From NCBI GenBank assembly GCA_003662305.1, contig QMXU01000001.1, positions 1 through 24,000 on the forward strand: a DNA stretch of 24,000 nt, written 5' to 3'. The DNA comes from Candidatus Hecatellales archaeon. GTDB taxonomy: Archaea; Thermoproteota; Bathyarchaeia; Hecatellales; Hecatellaceae. Made by a program: the position numbers and the translations under genes. The notes under the pieces are model-generated. The model was given only the letters and a program-made list of their open reading frames with translations, was not told where the DNA came from and searched no databases. Positions 22,002 to 24,000 of the stretch are shown piece by piece. Every line of letters starts with the position of its first letter. Positions within the stretch are counted from its first letter, which is position 1.

Positions 22002-23087
22002 CTATCCTATAAACCTGTTTCTCAGCCCAACGCCCCGGCAGGTTATGGTGGAGGTTTCGCCAAGCTTGCCTTCCACCTTAAACTCGACTTCCATAAACCT
22101 TTTGCAGACTTCTATGGCTGTAAGCGTGTGAAGGGAAAGCTTAGCAGCTCTAATCTTCGATTCCCCCTCGGCAAGAGCCATCCAGACTATAAGCTGGTCT
22201 GCCAGATGCGTGTCAACAGGGGCGCCGGTTCTAACCTGAGAGATAAGCTTTTCAGCAGCTTCAGCTCCAACCCTTTCAGCAGGTTTTCCACGTTCGCCTA
22301 GGCTGTCAGCCGCCATGAGGACGCCGTCCTCAAACTCGGCTATGAGGATAATCCCGCAGCCTGGGCTTACAGAGCACTTCGAGTTTTCATGCTGGAGGGT
22401 TTCAACTTCGAAGGACGGTTTGCTGTAGCCTGCCGCTTCAAGAAGCCTTCTGGCTGCGGAGGCCATTCGCTCGGATACGTGGCGGGGAAGCCTGCAGCTG
22501 TAGGATATTCCCTTAATACTGGCTACTTTGGCTTGGGATAGGATCTCTATGGGCTTCAGGGACTTGACGGGTTTGAAAAAGGCTTTAACGTCTCCTCCCC
22601 CCTGAGGGTAGAAGCCTCTTCTGACAACTTCAATCCGCCCTTCGAAGCCCATACGTTTAAGCGTTGGCAGCAGAACCTCTCTGACGTATTCGACTGGCGG
22701 AGACCATTTGGTGTTCGTTCCTCCAACTATTTCAAGCTCTACGGGTGAAGGCGCGTAGGCTGCTACGGGAGCCAAGGCCTGAAGGATAAGCGTTATACTT
22801 CCGGCGCTTCCAACGTCGAAGGAGAAGCTTCCTCCCTTAATGGCTTTAGGGTTGAAGCCTACTTCAAGGGAGCTCACTTCTAAACCTTCAACCTCAGCGT
22901 CTGTAAGCATTACAACGGTTTTTATGGCTGCGAGATGCTGAAGCCTGAGCCCGGGAGGGTTACGTCTGGCCCTGACGTTGAAAACCCTCACAGGCCTGCC
23001 TGTTAAAGCTGAGAGGGCTGCAGAGGTCCGTAAAATCTGTCCTCCGCCTTCCAACATGCTTCCGTCGATTTCAACTCTTCCAGCCAA
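22002..23087 (-). CDS. rtcA: RNA 3-prime-terminal phosphate cyclase
   Basis: VEIDGSMLEGGGQILRTSAALSALTGRPVRVFNVRARRNPPGLRLQHL...GSAGSITLILQAL...DTHLADQL are RtcA family motifs. The start is TTG. Confidence 0.9.
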   Translation of the reverse strand: MAGRVEIDGSMLEGGGQILRTSAALSALTGRPVRVFNVRARRNPPGLRLQHLAAIKTVVMLTDAEVEGLEVSSLEVGFNPKAIKGGSFSFDVGSAGSITLILQALAPVAAYAPSPVELEIVGGTNTKWSPPVEYVREVLLPTLKRMGFEGRIEVVRRGFYPQGGGDVKAFFKPVKSLKPIEILSQAKVASIKGISYSCRLPRHVSERMASAARRLLEAAGYSKPSFEVETLQHENSKCSVSPGCGIILIAEFEDGVLMAADSLGERGKPAERVGAEAAEKLISQVRTGAPVDTHLADQLIVWMALAEGESKIRAAKLSLHTLTAIEVCKRFMEVEFKVEGKLGETSTITCRGVGLRNRFIG

Positions 23088-23107
23088 GATTCAGCTCTCC
23101 CAGGTTT

Positions 23108-23518
23108 TTAGCTGAACATGTTTTCAAGTTTTCCTGTTACCAGGGCTTCTGGGGTGAAGCCTCTTCTTAACGCTTCCCTCAGGGTAAGCTTGAAGCCTCT
23201 GCCAGTTCTTTTAAGCCCTTCAGCCTCCACGAGAAGCCATCCTCTTTTCCTATGTTTAAACTTAACCGCTAGGAGAGGTTTCGCCCCGAACCTTCTTGAG
23301 AACCTTAAAAGCTGCGCCACAGATTCCTCCCCTAAATACAAGGTTTCACGACTTGTAGTTTTAACCTCTAAGGCTACGATAAAGCCTTTACGTCCAGCCA
23401 GAAGGTCAGGCCTGTCAAGCTTGGTTCTCGAGCCTGACGCTGGAGCACGCAGCACCGCGAAGCCAAGCCTGTCAAGGATTCTGACCAGCTCCCTTTCCTC
23501 CCTGACACCCTTACTCAA
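23108..23518 (-). CDS. hjc: Holliday junction resolvase Hjc
   Basis: KGVREERELVRILDRLGFAVLRAPASGS...PDLLAGRKGFIVALEVKTT is the archaeal Hjc nuclease motif set (E...D...E-x-K). The 136 aa size fits. Confidence 0.88.
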   Translation of the reverse strand: MSKGVREERELVRILDRLGFAVLRAPASGSRTKLDRPDLLAGRKGFIVALEVKTTSRETLYLGEESVAQLLRFSRRFGAKPLLAVKFKHRKRGWLLVEAEGLKRTGRGFKLTLREALRRGFTPEALVTGKLENMFS

Positions 23519-23533
23519 ACCTGGTTCCCCTTT

Positions 23534-24000
23534 TCACTCGAAGATTGTGGAAACAGTCATAAGCTCTGGACCTGTCGTCAGGGAGCCTACCAGCACCGCA
23601 CGGCTGTTGCCAACTATCCCGCTGGAAACGTAGGATACGCCTCCGTTAACCGTTCCAACTCCAACCCTAACCTTTAAAACTTCTGACACAAGTTTAAGCT
23701 CCTCATCGGAGGCTTGAGGGTGAAGCATAGCCCCACGGTTGGTTGCAGCAGCCATAGAGCCTGGCAGCGGTATGCCCGCCACGCTTCCATGAACAGCTTC
23801 AACTCCAAGCACGTCTTCAACGGTTGCAAGCCCCCGTTTACCCAGTAAAGGCGAAACCACAGCTCCAACGTCGTTGGCTAGAATCAGGTTTCCAGCTGAG
23901 GTATACTTGCTTTTAAGCCTTTTAACTTCAACCTTGAGTTTTTCCCTCAGCAGTTTTTCCTCCTCGCTGGTTATGTAGTGAGGTATCAGCAGGCCTTTAG
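23534..24000 (-). CDS. eif6: Translation initiation factor 6 (aIF6), C-terminal ~155 codons; N-terminus beyond window end
   Basis: The reverse translation runs continuously from the window edge: ...KGLLIPHYITSEEEKLLREKLKVEVKRLKSKYTSAGNLILANDVGAVVSPLL...ATNRGAMLHPQASDEELKLVSEVLKV...GTVNGGVSYVSSGIVGNSRAVLVGSLTTGPELMTVSTIFE. This shows the eIF6 pseudo-repeat pattern. The track entry 23534-23860 is a truncated version starting at an internal GTG. Confidence 0.88.
   Translation of the reverse strand, partial: KGLLIPHYITSEEEKLLREKLKVEVKRLKSKYTSAGNLILANDVGAVVSPLLGKRGLATVEDVLGVEAVHGSVAGIPLPGSMAAATNRGAMLHPQASDEELKLVSEVLKVRVGVGTVNGGVSYVSSGIVGNSRAVLVGSLTTGPELMTVSTIFE

Noticed and set aside
23118-23633. 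171-aa plus-strand ORF, the longest unassigned ORF in the track.
   Set aside because: It is antisense to hjc and aIF6 and spans their intergenic gap. It has a low-complexity Ser/Leu/Pro composition typical of an antisense shadow.
1-24000. Scan for CRISPR repeats, rRNA, additional tRNAs, C/D-box sRNAs (TGATGA...CTGA in intergenic DNA), transposase or integrase genes and defence systems.
   Set aside because: None was seen. All TGATGA occurrences I found lie inside well-supported coding regions.

Overview
This 24 kb window is archaeal chromosomal DNA, almost fully coding and dominated by core housekeeping genes. All calls rest on reading the translations and recognising motifs by eye; no homology search or folding program was run.

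Gene content, left to right:
- 1-601: enolase, 5-prime part, minus strand.
- 669-7465: the conserved archaeal ribosomal-protein / RNA-polymerase cluster on the minus strand (rpoN, S9, L13, L18e, rpoD, S11, S4, S13). Between rpoN and S9 it is interrupted by a tungstate-type ABC transporter (tupABC-like) and a divergent ModE-like regulator.
- 7466-8309: a short, visibly AT-rich stretch with one orphan ORF and a start-less ORF fragment that abuts the tRNA 3-prime end.
- 8310-8387: tRNA-Ala(GGC).
- 8476-8881: the Sm-protein / L37e pair. L37e is absent from the supplied ORF track.
- 8970-13919: a PUA-domain protein, SepF, aCPSF1 (beta-CASP RNase), proteasome beta subunit, a UPF0179 Cys-rich protein and a long FKBP-type PPIase.
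- 14034-19263: a five-gene plus-strand coenzyme A operon (pantoate kinase, phosphopantothenate synthetase, a hexulose-6-phosphate-synthase::RraA-like fusion, ketopantoate reductase, CoaBC).
- 19234-24000: a class V aminotransferase, a DUF62 SAM hydroxide adenosyltransferase-like protein, NMN adenylyltransferase, RtcA, Hjc and partial aIF6.

No CRISPR array, rRNA gene, intact mobile element or defence system was seen.

The most interesting observation is the HPS::RraA-like fusion inside the CoA operon, directly upstream of ketopantoate reductase. That is where a ketopantoate-forming enzyme (PanB analogue, formaldehyde-dependent) would be expected. This is a hypothesis from gene context and family chemistry only.

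Lesser observations:
- the synteny break in the ribosomal cluster;
- the AT-rich islet at the tRNA;
- a conserved N-terminal motif of the DUF62 gene that lies upstream of any canonical start codon;
- a perfect palindrome in the Sm/PUA divergent promoter;
- strong over-representation of AAGCTT.
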